Shown piece by piece: positions 45,520-55,144 of a DNA stretch of 64,000 bases (position 1 is its first letter; the number at the start of each line of letters is the position of its first letter). Source of the DNA: Candidatus Kaiserbacteria bacterium. GTDB taxonomy: Bacteria > Patescibacteriota > Minisyncoccia > Phycocordibacterales > UBA918. A program made the translations under genes and the position numbers. The stretch covers positions 24,178 through 88,177 of the forward strand of contig JAGQME010000001.1 of assembly GCA_020428795.1 (NCBI GenBank). Reading direction: 5' to 3'. The notes beneath the pieces are model-generated. The model searched no databases, was not told the DNA's origin, and saw only the letters and a list, made by a program, of their open reading frames with translations.

Positions 45520-47310
45520 ATGAAGCTCAAGTTCGGTCATAAACAAAATATTAACCGAAGTATAATTTATGGCAGTAAGCAGGCCGGTTTTAGTTTTGTG
45601 GAGTTAATTGTAACCGCAGCTATGGTGGCCTTGGTTTTTGGGGGATTGTATGCTGGTGTAAGTTCAATGATTAAAGTAATCGCCAATTCCAAAGCTAAAG
45701 CCGGAGCGACTGCTTTAATGGTAGGAAGAATGGAGTATATTCGTTCCTTACCCTATAGTCAGGTCGGTACTGTTAGTGGAGTACCACCAGGACTCATTCC
45801 TCAAAACAGTACCACCAGCATCAATGGCATTATTTACAATGAAAGAATTTTAATTGAGTATGTTGACGATGAAGCTGATGGTTATGGAGGAGCAGATGTG
45901 AATGCGATTTTGGCTGATTATAAAAGAGTGAAGGTTGAATATAGTTGGCAAAACAAAGGAGTGACTAAAACCGTATCCTTGGTATCAAATATAGTACCGG
46001 TTGGTATAGAAACTACTGACGGGGGCGGTACCATAAAGGTAAATGTTTTTAATGCATTAACACAACCGGTTTCTGGTGCTGAAGTAAGATTCATCAACAC
46101 TTCTTCAAGCACTATGCCAATTGACACCACTCGTTTTACTGGTGTTGATGGTTTAGCTTATTTATCTGGGGCTCCAGCGATGGCAAACTATGAAATTTAT
46201 GTCACTAAAACTGGCTATTCTTCTGATAGCACTTATATTGCCACTTCAACAAACCCCAACCCTAGTACACCGCCAGTTTCTGTAATAGAGAGTGCTGTAT
46301 CAACTATGAATTTTCAGATTGATTTGCTTAGTAATCTAAATATTAAAACACAAAGCAATCCTACTTACGCTTCTTTTGAAGATAATTTTCTGAATGATAC
46401 TCTATTGGCCACCAGTAGTAATACGGTAGTTAGTGGTGGCAGTTTAGTGTTGGCTGATTCTGGCGGTATCTATCAAAGCAGTGGTTTTGCTATCAGTACC
46501 ACTACTACACCGAGTCCAATAGAGGGTTGGTACAGTGTTGATTTTGCTGCCAATATCCAATCCTCTACCTCTGTCTTGATGTCACTTTATTATGATAACT
46601 CGGGTGTCCTTACTTTGGTACCTGACACAGATTTACCAGGTAACAGCGTTGGTTTCTCAACTAGTCCGATTGACATACAGTCTTTGGACACATCTACTTA
46701 TGACAATCTATCCTTGGGAGCAACGTTATCAACTATTGATACCGCTTATACACCTAGTATAGATGATTGGTCTATTACTCACATAGTCTCGCAACCAAAC
46801 TTAAGTGGTGTGCCAATCACAGTCATAGGCAATAAGACCATCGGAACTTACGTTGATCTGACTCCGGTTTATAAATATCTAAAGAGTGATAGTACCGACG
46901 GTAGTGGCGAATTAAATCTGACTGATATTGAGTATGATTTGTACTCATTTGAAATAGATCCTAGTACCTACAGTATTATTGAGATTTGTGATATGACACC
47001 AGTTTCTTTGGTTCCTAATGATACGGTTAATGTCGATATTACCTTAGGTAGTCCAACTGCCTCACAACTATTAGTAAGAGTAGTTGATCCAAGTCAGTCA
47101 CCAATTGCTAACGCCACTGTTAGACTAGAAAGAAGCGGTGTAGATGTTACCCAAACCACTAGTTTGTGTGGGCAGACTTATTTTACTGGAGGGTTACCGG
47201 TTGCTGATGATTATCAGGTGACAGTCTCAGCTCCCGGCTACATAACAGAAGTATTAGGAACTACAACTGTAAATTCTTCCAGTGTTTTGGATGTAAATCT
47301 GGGTTCATAA
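45520..47310 (+). CDS. Large prepilin-like protein (type IV pilin N-terminus plus ~570-aa S/T-rich extracellular domain)
   Basis: Class III signal: basic leader then G-FSFVELIVTAAMVALVFGG (the G/FxxxE prepilin cleavage-methylation motif). ATG at 45520 (ORF-track TTG at 45481 overlaps the pilC stop). Confidence 0.6.
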   Translation: MKLKFGHKQNINRSIIYGSKQAGFSFVELIVTAAMVALVFGGLYAGVSSMIKVIANSKAKAGATALMVGRMEYIRSLPYSQVGTVSGVPPGLIPQNSTTSINGIIYNERILIEYVDDEADGYGGADVNAILADYKRVKVEYSWQNKGVTKTVSLVSNIVPVGIETTDGGGTIKVNVFNALTQPVSGAEVRFINTSSSTMPIDTTRFTGVDGLAYLSGAPAMANYEIYVTKTGYSSDSTYIATSTNPNPSTPPVSVIESAVSTMNFQIDLLSNLNIKTQSNPTYASFEDNFLNDTLLATSSNTVVSGGSLVLADSGGIYQSSGFAISTTTTPSPIEGWYSVDFAANIQSSTSVLMSLYYDNSGVLTLVPDTDLPGNSVGFSTSPIDIQSLDTSTYDNLSLGATLSTIDTAYTPSIDDWSITHIVSQPNLSGVPITVIGNKTIGTYVDLTPVYKYLKSDSTDGSGELNLTDIEYDLYSFEIDPSTYSIIEICDMTPVSLVPNDTVNVDITLGSPTASQLLVRVVDPSQSPIANATVRLERSGVDVTQTTSLCGQTYFTGGLPVADDYQVTVSAPGYITEVLGTTTVNSSSVLDVNLGS

Positions 47311-47325
47311 ATTAGTGTAAAGTTT

Positions 47326-47940
47326 ATGTTTAACAAAATTTTCTTAAAAAGAGGCATGACATTAGTTGAAATGATGGTAGCAGTTAGTTTGTTTTCCATT
47401 TTGACATTAGTAGTCACTAGTAGTATTAACGCAATGTATCGTTACAACTCTTACACCTTCGCTCAAGCCTATCAAGTACAAAACGCTCGCCTTGGTATGC
47501 AGTCTTTGATTCGTGATGTGCGAGAAATGACCTTTGCTGATGATGGTACTTTTCCGCTAGCTATCATGGAGGAAAATAAAATTGCTTTTTATAGTGATAT
47601 TGATAGAGATAATAGTGTTGAGTATGTAGAGTTTTCCTACAATGGTACAACAACAATAATTAAAAATGTCTACAATGCAACTGGCAGCCCACTTACATAT
47701 AACCTAGGTTCACCGGACGAAACATATACTCTTTCAAGGTATGTGCAGAATAATATACAGGGAACTTCTACTTTTATGTATTATGATAATGATGGAAATC
47801 AATTATTTTCACCATCTGACATTACTGATGTTCGTTTTGTCCAAGCTCAGATTATTGTAAATATAGATCCGGTTCGTGACCCTGGGCAGTTTATGCTTCG
47901 CTCCAGCGCTTCATTACGTAATGTTAAAGAAAATATATGA
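47326..47940 (+). CDS. Prepilin-type minor pilin / pseudopilin
   Basis: G-MTLVEMMVAVSLFSIL prepilin N-terminal motif; 204 aa. Confidence 0.6.
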   Translation: MFNKIFLKRGMTLVEMMVAVSLFSILTLVVTSSINAMYRYNSYTFAQAYQVQNARLGMQSLIRDVREMTFADDGTFPLAIMEENKIAFYSDIDRDNSVEYVEFSYNGTTTIIKNVYNATGSPLTYNLGSPDETYTLSRYVQNNIQGTSTFMYYDNDGNQLFSPSDITDVRFVQAQIIVNIDPVRDPGQFMLRSSASLRNVKENI

Positions 47941-49370
47941 TTAAAAATTTTAATCAACACAATAAGGGGGCGCTACTAGTGCTAGTTTTGGTGTTTGGAA
48001 CAATATTTTTTCTTATTGTTATGAGCTTTATGGGTTTTGTAGTGACTCAATCACAAATTCAGGAAAATAAGCTCCAACAAGAGAGGGCATTGGCTATTGC
48101 CGAGGCCGGTTTGGATTATTACAAATGGTTTTTGGCACACTACCCTAGCGATGTAACCAATGGTACTGGTTTACCTGGACCTTATGACATTCCCTATTCT
48201 GATCCTGAATTGGGAGTAATTGGCACCTCAAGTTTATCGATTGCTAGTTCTACTTACTGTGGGGTAGTTTCTAATATTGAAATTTATTCAACTGGTTATA
48301 CTGCCGAAAAACCAAATCTGACTCGTACTGTCTATGGTCGATACTCCAGACCAACGGTAGCCGAATATGCTTATATTATTAATTCCAATGTCTGGGCCGG
48401 CCCCGATCGAACCATTATTGGTCCTTACCACTCAAATGGTGTTATTCGTATGGATGGAACTAATAATTCTACCGTCACTAGCGGACAAGAAGACTGGGTT
48501 TGTGATGGTTCAATCAATTGTGGCGCTAGTGGCGTTACTCTAGATGCTGTGTTTGGTGATGGTCCAAACTTTGCTTTATGGAATTTTCCTTCAACTCCTA
48601 TTAACTTTACTGGACTAACTCTAGATTTGGCTGTTATGAAAGATAGAGCAGAAAATGGAGGTGGTATTTCTATACCACCTACAGCTTCAAATGATTACGG
48701 CTATCGCTTGGATTTTCAAAACGACGGTACGTTAGATGTATATACGGTCGACACCGTATATAGTTATTATAGTTATAACTCTGAAGATGGCGATGGTTCT
48801 GAAAGAAATGTAATTGATGACGATAATTTTTATGCTACTTATACTCTTAACCCTGATTGTCCGTTAGTCTTTGTCGAAGACAAGGTCTGGTTAGGGGGTG
48901 ATTTATCTATGAAAGTAACAGTTGCTGCTGCGGATACTGATACCGCCGGAGTTGATCCTTCTATTATCTTAAATGACAATATTACTTATGCTACTTCTTC
49001 AGCCGGTCTGTTAGCAGTAGCTGAAGATGATGTTTTGGTGGGGTTGGTTGTACCAGATAATATGATCCTTAATGGCATATTTGTTGCTCAGAATGGTCGT
49101 TTTGGACGCAATCATTATAGAACCTCTGGTTCCTATGATGTTTTAAGTATCCATGATTCTTATGTAAAAAGAAATTCACTAACTATAAACGGAACCATTG
49201 TGTCGAATGGTCGTGTGGGGACAAAATGGGTTAATGGATTTGGTAATTTTACCTCTGGATTTGATACAAGATATAATTCTTACGACCGCAATCTCGTAGA
49301 CGACCCGCCTCCGTTAGCTCCTCACACCTCAGACGACTATAGGTTTATCGAGTGGCGAGAAGAGATTTAG
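47937..49370 (+). CDS. Pilus-associated hypothetical protein with N-terminal TM helix (PilX-like position)
   Basis: 477 aa; N-terminal hydrophobic helix KGALLVLVLVFGTIFFLIVMSFMG; overlaps previous gene by 4 bp; last gene of the pilus cluster. Confidence 0.4.
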   Translation: MIKNFNQHNKGALLVLVLVFGTIFFLIVMSFMGFVVTQSQIQENKLQQERALAIAEAGLDYYKWFLAHYPSDVTNGTGLPGPYDIPYSDPELGVIGTSSLSIASSTYCGVVSNIEIYSTGYTAEKPNLTRTVYGRYSRPTVAEYAYIINSNVWAGPDRTIIGPYHSNGVIRMDGTNNSTVTSGQEDWVCDGSINCGASGVTLDAVFGDGPNFALWNFPSTPINFTGLTLDLAVMKDRAENGGGISIPPTASNDYGYRLDFQNDGTLDVYTVDTVYSYYSYNSEDGDGSERNVIDDDNFYATYTLNPDCPLVFVEDKVWLGGDLSMKVTVAAADTDTAGVDPSIILNDNITYATSSAGLLAVAEDDVLVGLVVPDNMILNGIFVAQNGRFGRNHYRTSGSYDVLSIHDSYVKRNSLTINGTIVSNGRVGTKWVNGFGNFTSGFDTRYNSYDRNLVDDPPPLAPHTSDDYRFIEWREEI

Positions 49371-49406
49371 TCAGCCAGACTTTTGAGCGTGCTATAATTT
49401 TTTGAT

Positions 49407-50189
49407 ATGAATAAAAGAAAACCACCGCTTGTTGTGGGTAATTGGAAGCAAAATCCTAGTTCAATCACCGGGTCAGCCAACTTAATTCGTGACCTGATTA
49501 AGGGTCTTGGTAGTAAAAAAAGAGTTACCGAGGTAATGGTGGCGCCCCCGGCGGTGTTTCTAAGTCAAGTAGCTAAAGATATTAAAAAGCGTCCAATTGG
49601 TTTGGTAGCCCAAGCTGTATCGTCAAACAGTGGTGGCGCTCATACGGGAGAAATTTCCGCTAGCATGTTAAAGAGTGTGGGAGTCGAAGGAGTAATTATT
49701 GGTCATTCTGAAAGAAGAATGAGTGGTGTAAGTGACCAAACTGTTAACGTTATTCTTAAGGTGGTGATAGCTAATAAACTAACTCCGATTATTTGTGTGG
49801 GGGAGACAGAGAGAGATAGTAGTGGTGATTTCTATTCAACTGTTGAGTTTCAGATTGTAAATGCTCTCACTGATATTGCTTCCAGTAAAGTTTCTGGGAT
49901 AGTGATTGCTTACGAACCGGTCTGGGCCATTGGGTCTGGTGTTACCGCTACTACGGAGGATATTCTAGAGATGAAACTTTTTATTCAAAAAGTATTAATT
50001 AATTTGTATGGACGTAATGTGGCCAACAAGGTCCGCATATTATACGGGGGATCAGTAAAACCAAAAAATGCTACCGAGATTTATCAATCAGGCGAAGTTG
50101 ATGGTTTTTTGATTGGTGGAGCCAGTCTCAAAGCCAAAGATTTTGTCTCGATTATCTCGTCTGTCGAAGCGGTTTTTAATGAATCGTAA
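49407..50189 (+). CDS. tpiA: Triosephosphate isomerase
   Basis: VVGNWKQN, IGHSERR, AYEPVWAIGSG, GGSVKPKN: all TIM signatures. Confidence 0.9.
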   Translation: MNKRKPPLVVGNWKQNPSSITGSANLIRDLIKGLGSKKRVTEVMVAPPAVFLSQVAKDIKKRPIGLVAQAVSSNSGGAHTGEISASMLKSVGVEGVIIGHSERRMSGVSDQTVNVILKVVIANKLTPIICVGETERDSSGDFYSTVEFQIVNALTDIASSKVSGIVIAYEPVWAIGSGVTATTEDILEMKLFIQKVLINLYGRNVANKVRILYGGSVKPKNATEIYQSGEVDGFLIGGASLKAKDFVSIISSVEAVFNES

Positions 50190-50194
50190 TTTGT

Positions 50195-51319
50195 ATGAAG
50201 ACTCTGAAAGATTTGAAAATTAAAAAAGGTAGCTATGTTTTGGTACGGACTTCTCTAAATGTACCCATCGAAGATGGTCAGGTTCGCAACCAGTTTAGAA
50301 TAATGCGAGATTTGCCCACTATCAATATATTGGTAAATGCTGGAGCTAGAGTCATATTGTGTGGCCACATTGGTAGTAATGGTGAACAGAGTCTTAAGCC
50401 AGTAGCTGATGTCTTAGAGACACATTTAAAGCTGGTTATGTCGCCGGAGGTGCTTGGTAGTAAGACCTTGGATTTGCGAGATAAGCTACAGGACGGTGAA
50501 GTATTACTTTTAGAAAACCTTAGATTAGATCCTAGAGAAAAGAAAAACGACGAAGAATTTGCCAGGGGCTTGGCTGATTTAGCCGAAGTTTTTGTTATGG
50601 ACGCTTTTCCAGCTGCTCATCGGAGTCATGCTTCGGTGGTAGGGGTGCCAAAATATTTACCCACCTACGCCGGTATAAATTTTATGCATGAGTACGATGA
50701 GTTAACTAAGGCTCTTAAACCAAAAACGCCATCACTATTTATGTTGGGGGGAGCAAAGTTTGATACTAAAATGCCTTTGGTGGAGAAGTTTCTAGATTTG
50801 TATGATCACATATTTATCGGCGGTGCCTTAGCTAATGATTTTTTTAAAGCCAAAGGTTATGAGATAGGTAAATCGTTGGTCTCGGATGTTTCTTTGGTAG
50901 ATAGCCCACTCTTAAGTCACCCTAAGATATTAGTGCCGGTTGATGTGGTAGTGGACGGTCCGGATGGTAGACACATCGCCTTGCCTGATAATGTTAGCAA
51001 AGAAGAGACTATCTTTGATGTTGGACCAGCTACGGTTGAGATGCTGAAACCGCTTATACAAAATGCCAAAATGGTTTTATGGAATGGCCCGTTTGGAGAT
51101 TATGAAAGAGGGTTTGAAGCGCAGACAGTGGCTACAGCCAAATTGGTGGCCAATACCAAAGGATACTCAGTTTTGGGTGGTGGAGATACGATTGCCGCTA
51201 TTGAGTCACTTTGTAACCAAGAGTGTTATGGTTTCTTATCAACCGCCGGTGGAGCGATGCTAACGTTTCTAGAGCATGGTACTCTGCCAGCGATTGAAGC
51301 AATGGAGTCAGAAAGTTAG
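50195..51319 (+). CDS. pgk: Phosphoglycerate kinase
   Basis: VLVRTSLNVPIEDGQVRNQFRI, hinge and C-terminal GGGDT..A-like motifs (LGGGDTIAAIE); 374 aa. Confidence 0.9.
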   Translation: MKTLKDLKIKKGSYVLVRTSLNVPIEDGQVRNQFRIMRDLPTINILVNAGARVILCGHIGSNGEQSLKPVADVLETHLKLVMSPEVLGSKTLDLRDKLQDGEVLLLENLRLDPREKKNDEEFARGLADLAEVFVMDAFPAAHRSHASVVGVPKYLPTYAGINFMHEYDELTKALKPKTPSLFMLGGAKFDTKMPLVEKFLDLYDHIFIGGALANDFFKAKGYEIGKSLVSDVSLVDSPLLSHPKILVPVDVVVDGPDGRHIALPDNVSKEETIFDVGPATVEMLKPLIQNAKMVLWNGPFGDYERGFEAQTVATAKLVANTKGYSVLGGGDTIAAIESLCNQECYGFLSTAGGAMLTFLEHGTLPAIEAMESES

Positions 51320-51320
51320 G

Positions 51321-51740
51321 TTATAAATTGGCTTTTATAGCGGAGACAATTTTTTCTAACTCATCACTTTCAGCCATTTGGCCACTTGGCAAAATTTTGC
51401 CAAGTGGTATCTCGTCCGAAGTCATCGGATAGAGTTTGATATGTACATGGGGAACCTCAAAGCCTTCTATTACGTAGCAAGTTCTTAAAGTAGAAAAGGT
51501 CTGATCAAGAGCCTTAGCTATTTTTCGACTGATTTTCATAAGGTGTAGATAGGTGTCTTCGTCTAAACGGCCGATGTAGTCTACTTCTTGTTTGGGAATA
51601 ATGAGGGTTTGGCCTGGTACGGCTGGGGATATATCTAATATAGCAACACAAACATCATCTTCGTAGATGAAGAAGCCCGGTAATTCACGATTTATTATTT
51701 TACTGAAAATACTCGACATAATAGGTGAATTATAACGCAA
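51321..51740 (-). CDS. HIT-family (histidine triad) protein
   Basis: 139 aa; histidine triad-like PHVHIKLYP near the C-terminus. Confidence 0.75.
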   Translation of the reverse strand: MRYNSPIMSSIFSKIINRELPGFFIYEDDVCVAILDISPAVPGQTLIIPKQEVDYIGRLDEDTYLHLMKISRKIAKALDQTFSTLRTCYVIEGFEVPHVHIKLYPMTSDEIPLGKILPSGQMAESDELEKIVSAIKANL

Positions 51741-51767
51741 AACTCTGATCGTGGTAACATAGAGCTT

Positions 51768-53471
51768 ATGTCAGAATATCGCCTGTTTCCTAGCGTGCCA
51801 AGTGCGGTGTCGGCTGAGTTGGCCCATCTAACACCTCACCTACAACAACTATTGTATCGTCGTAACATCACTGACAAACAATCAGCCAGCGATTTCTTGG
51901 AACCGGATTATGAAAGAGATTTGCACGACCCCTTTCTTCTCAATGATATGGACCCAGCTGTTTGTAGGATTGAGCTAGCTATTAAAAAAAATGAGCACAT
52001 TTTAATTTTTAGCGACTATGATTGTGACGGTATTCCGGGGGCAGTGGTTTTGCATGATTTTTTTACTGCCATTGGCTACTCTAATTTTTCTAATAAGATT
52101 CCTCACCGACATTTTGATGGTTTTGGTTTAAATATTGATTTGATCAAAGATATTCAAAAAACTGAACCCAAACCAACTCTGATCATCACTATTGATTGTG
52201 GTACCACTGACAGTGGGGCGGTCAAATTGGCTAGTGAATTTGGAATTGATGTAATTATTACCGATCATCATGAACCAAAAGATGTCTTACCAGAAGCGGT
52301 GGCGGTGGTTAATCCTAAGGTTGGCAACACCTATCCATTTAGTGGTCTCTGCGGAGCAGGAGTGGTGTTTAAGTTGGTACAAGCGCTTATTATAAAAGGC
52401 AACTATAAATTAGTAGCTGGTTATGAAAAATGGTGGCTTGATATGGTGGGATTGGCTACGGTGGCCGACATGGTGCCTTTACTTGGTGAGAATAGAGCTT
52501 TGGCTCATTACGGCTTAACAGTGTTGCGTAAGTCTCGTCGGCCTGGTTTACAACAATTATTAAAAACCCAAAAAGCCAATCAATCAAAATTAACTGAAGA
52601 TGATATCGGTTTTACCATTGGTCCAAGAATAAACGCTGCTTCCAGAATGGATAATCCTGAAGATGCTTTTTTTATGCTGGCCACTAAGGATGAGGGTGAA
52701 GCAGGCGCCTACGTGAATCATTTAGAAAAACTAAACCAAGAAAGAAAGACAGCAGTGGCTTTGATGACGAAGGATATTCATAAAAGATTAAAATTGATTG
52801 ATGAGGTGCCACCGGTGCTGGTAATGGGTAATCCTGACTGGCGACCTTCTTTGGTTGGACTAGCCGCTTCAAAATTGGCCGAAGAATACAATCGGCCAGT
52901 CTTTTTGTGGGGTCGAGACGGAAACGAGAAATACAAAGGTTCCGCTAGAGGTGGCGGTCGGGTGAGTGTAATAAATATAATGGAAGCGGGGGCTGAGGTT
53001 TTCTTAGAATTTGGGGGACACCATATGTCCGGTGGGTTCACTGTTTTGGATGAATATATCCATAATTTCGGTGAGAGTCTCAATCAGGCTTTTCTTAGTC
53101 TCGGGGAGAAGGCTGATGTCTCTGAGCCGTTGGTTGTTGATATGGAACTAAATTTGGACGATATCGATAATACTTTTATTTTTAATCAAAACAAATTAGC
53201 GCCTTTTGGTCACAGTAACCCTAAGCCGGTCTATCTGTTTTCGGGAGTAACCCCAAACAACGTCTCTGTTTTTGGTAAAGCTAAGGATCATACTAAATTA
53301 GAGTTTGAAACAAACGGTCTGGCTAAAGAGGCGATTTGTTTTTTTAAAACCCCAGATAAATTTGCGATGACACCCAAAGTCGGCCAAAAGCTATCGCTTT
53401 TGGCCGAACTCGAACAATCCTTCTTTATGGGCCGGTTGCAGACTCGTCTCAGAATAGTTGACATTGTTTGA
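51768..53471 (+). CDS. recJ: Single-stranded-DNA-specific exonuclease RecJ (DHH/DHHA1)
   Basis: DHH motifs ILIFSDYDCDGIPG, ITIDCGT, ITDHHEP; DHHA1 GGHHMSGG; OB-like C-terminal domain; 567 aa. Confidence 0.85.
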   Translation: MSEYRLFPSVPSAVSAELAHLTPHLQQLLYRRNITDKQSASDFLEPDYERDLHDPFLLNDMDPAVCRIELAIKKNEHILIFSDYDCDGIPGAVVLHDFFTAIGYSNFSNKIPHRHFDGFGLNIDLIKDIQKTEPKPTLIITIDCGTTDSGAVKLASEFGIDVIITDHHEPKDVLPEAVAVVNPKVGNTYPFSGLCGAGVVFKLVQALIIKGNYKLVAGYEKWWLDMVGLATVADMVPLLGENRALAHYGLTVLRKSRRPGLQQLLKTQKANQSKLTEDDIGFTIGPRINAASRMDNPEDAFFMLATKDEGEAGAYVNHLEKLNQERKTAVALMTKDIHKRLKLIDEVPPVLVMGNPDWRPSLVGLAASKLAEEYNRPVFLWGRDGNEKYKGSARGGGRVSVINIMEAGAEVFLEFGGHHMSGGFTVLDEYIHNFGESLNQAFLSLGEKADVSEPLVVDMELNLDDIDNTFIFNQNKLAPFGHSNPKPVYLFSGVTPNNVSVFGKAKDHTKLEFETNGLAKEAICFFKTPDKFAMTPKVGQKLSLLAELEQSFFMGRLQTRLRIVDIV

Positions 53472-53514
53472 GCCCGCTCTATAGTGTTTTAAGGTTGTCG
53501 GGAGGATAAACAAA

Positions 53515-53721
53515 GTGGACAAGGGTGAGCTTAAACCAGGTAGGTATGTTTTGGCTGAAACCTTTCTTGTGACAGTTACTAGGAAGGGTGACAGAACTTA
53601 CCTTAAGGGATTGTGTAGTAATGGAGAAATATTGGTTTTTGAAATTATGGATAATGGTAGAAAAGTCATATTACTTGATAGGGGTCGTAGACTAGGACCC
53701 TACAGTATCAGCCGCCTTTAG
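53515..53721 (+). CDS. Hypothetical small protein
   Basis: 68-aa ORF, no motif. Confidence 0.3.
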   Translation: MDKGELKPGRYVLAETFLVTVTRKGDRTYLKGLCSNGEILVFEIMDNGRKVILLDRGRRLGPYSISRL

Positions 53722-53824
53722 AATGAGGATAAGCGAAAGCTAGACTCAATTAATTATGGGCGGCTTTCGTGTTTTGTAGTTTGGTGGGGTGCTATTTATT
53801 TAGCTAATTGTTATACTGCTTTTT

Positions 53825-54241
53825 ATGAATAAAATTATTGCTTACACCGATGGCGGAGCGAGAGGTAATCCAGGACCGGCCGGAATCGGAGTTTATATTA
53901 CTGACGAATCAGGAAAGGTTTTAAAAGAAGTAAAGGAAGCGATCGGTAATAGCACTAATAATTTTGCTGAATACAATGCGGTTTTGGTGGCTTTGCAGAC
54001 TCTAAAGCAACTCTATGGCAAAAAATCCAAAGAAATGTCGTTTGAAATCCGTCTGGATAGTGAATTGGTTAAAAAACAATTAAATGCCGAGTATCAGATC
54101 AAAGAACCTGGTTTAGTGCCAATGTTTATTGAAATACACAATCTAAGGGTGGCCAATTTTCCCAACCTAATCCTCACTCATGTTCCCCGTGAAAAAAATA
54201 AAGAAGCCGACCGGTTGGTCAATGAAGCCCTTGATGCCTGA
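53825..54241 (+). CDS. rnhA: Ribonuclease HI
   Basis: IIAYTDGGARGNPGPAGIGVYI ... AEYNAVLVAL ... EADRLVNEA: RNase H type 1 catalytic D-E-D-D pattern. Confidence 0.8.
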   Translation: MNKIIAYTDGGARGNPGPAGIGVYITDESGKVLKEVKEAIGNSTNNFAEYNAVLVALQTLKQLYGKKSKEMSFEIRLDSELVKKQLNAEYQIKEPGLVPMFIEIHNLRVANFPNLILTHVPREKNKEADRLVNEALDA

Positions 54242-54271
54242 AGTTTGTCTCGTAAATAATCTTATCATTGA

Positions 54272-54300
54272 CACAATTAAGTAACTCTTTATAATCTCAC
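54272..54300 (+). promoter_or_regulatory. Sigma-70-like promoter for the downstream noncoding locus
   Basis: TTGACA - 16 nt - TATAAT (ttgacacaattaagtaactctttataat). Confidence 0.4.
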
Positions 54301-54307
54301 GCTAGGG

Positions 54308-55115
54308 TGGGGCAATCGTGCAACACCAAAACCGCTATGATGCGGTAAGCAGGGAGAGATGATTTGTTGTACAACGATAATTACCCACTGGGGTTGATCC
54401 TGTCTAGAAAGTTACCTAGGCCGGAAAATATGGAGGACTCCGAATTCGTGGGATACAAGACTTTTGCCAAGAGCTTGCGGAGACCGGACACGGAAGATCT
54501 GGTGTCGTTGCATTTCCATGTATTGTCTAGGGAGGTGCAAGCCAGACGATGGAGAGTGGTCGGGTATGATTTCGATTCTCCCCAAAGGGTTGATTTGGTT
54601 TTGAAGGCTGTACCCGACAATACTACTCCAGATGCCGATCAGATTCTGGTGGTCTTGGTTGGCGGTCGTCTGGAACTGGCTTTTTCCATGCATTTTCCAA
54701 GATAGGTACCATTAGACTCTAAATTCTGTATAGGGTACCAATCTAAAAGTAGGGCACGGCCGATGGCCATCGGCCGTGCCCAAAGGAGATAAGCACAGTG
54801 TGTCATTTGACCACTGGGCTTTTTTGTTGTATTTTGGGGATAGGCGGTCCAGCCGGATCGCTGGCAATTTTGGGAGGCGGGCATGAGGGTGCTTGAGAAT
54901 TCGGTTTTGATTGAGGAAATTTCCTGCCCGCAAAGGTGAAGTACCAGTCTCCCAGAGGGGTGCTGATTCATCGGTAACTCGCACCGGTGTTGAACGGACG
55001 GCCCCGACACCGGCTGTAGGGCTGGTGAGGGAGATTACGCCTTATCGTCCCTAATATAGGGACTTCGTCCGATTCGCCCAGAAGGCGAATCGGACTCAAC
55101 GTATCTGCTACACTC
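54308..55115 (+). ncRNA. About 800-nt promoter- and terminator-bounded GC-rich noncoding locus, candidate large structured RNA (class unresolved)
   Basis: GC well above background; 6-frame track shows mutually overlapping ORFs on both strands (shadow ORFs); many local hairpins (CGTCCCTAATATAGGGACTTCG, CCGATTCGCC-CAGAA-GGCGAATCGG); ends with stem CTGCTACACT/AGTGTGCAG followed by TTTTTTATTTT immediately before the ComEC start. Confidence 0.4.
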
Positions 55116-55144
55116 TAAGTGTGCAGAGTTTTTTATTTTATACA

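Noticed and set aside
54364-54705. 113-aa ORF (and overlapping antisense ORFs 54381-55010) as protein-coding genes
   Set aside because: ORFs overlap each other in several frames on both strands within a GC-rich, hairpin-dense segment that has its own promoter and terminator. There is no RBS and no motif, so they are interpreted as shadow ORFs of an RNA gene.
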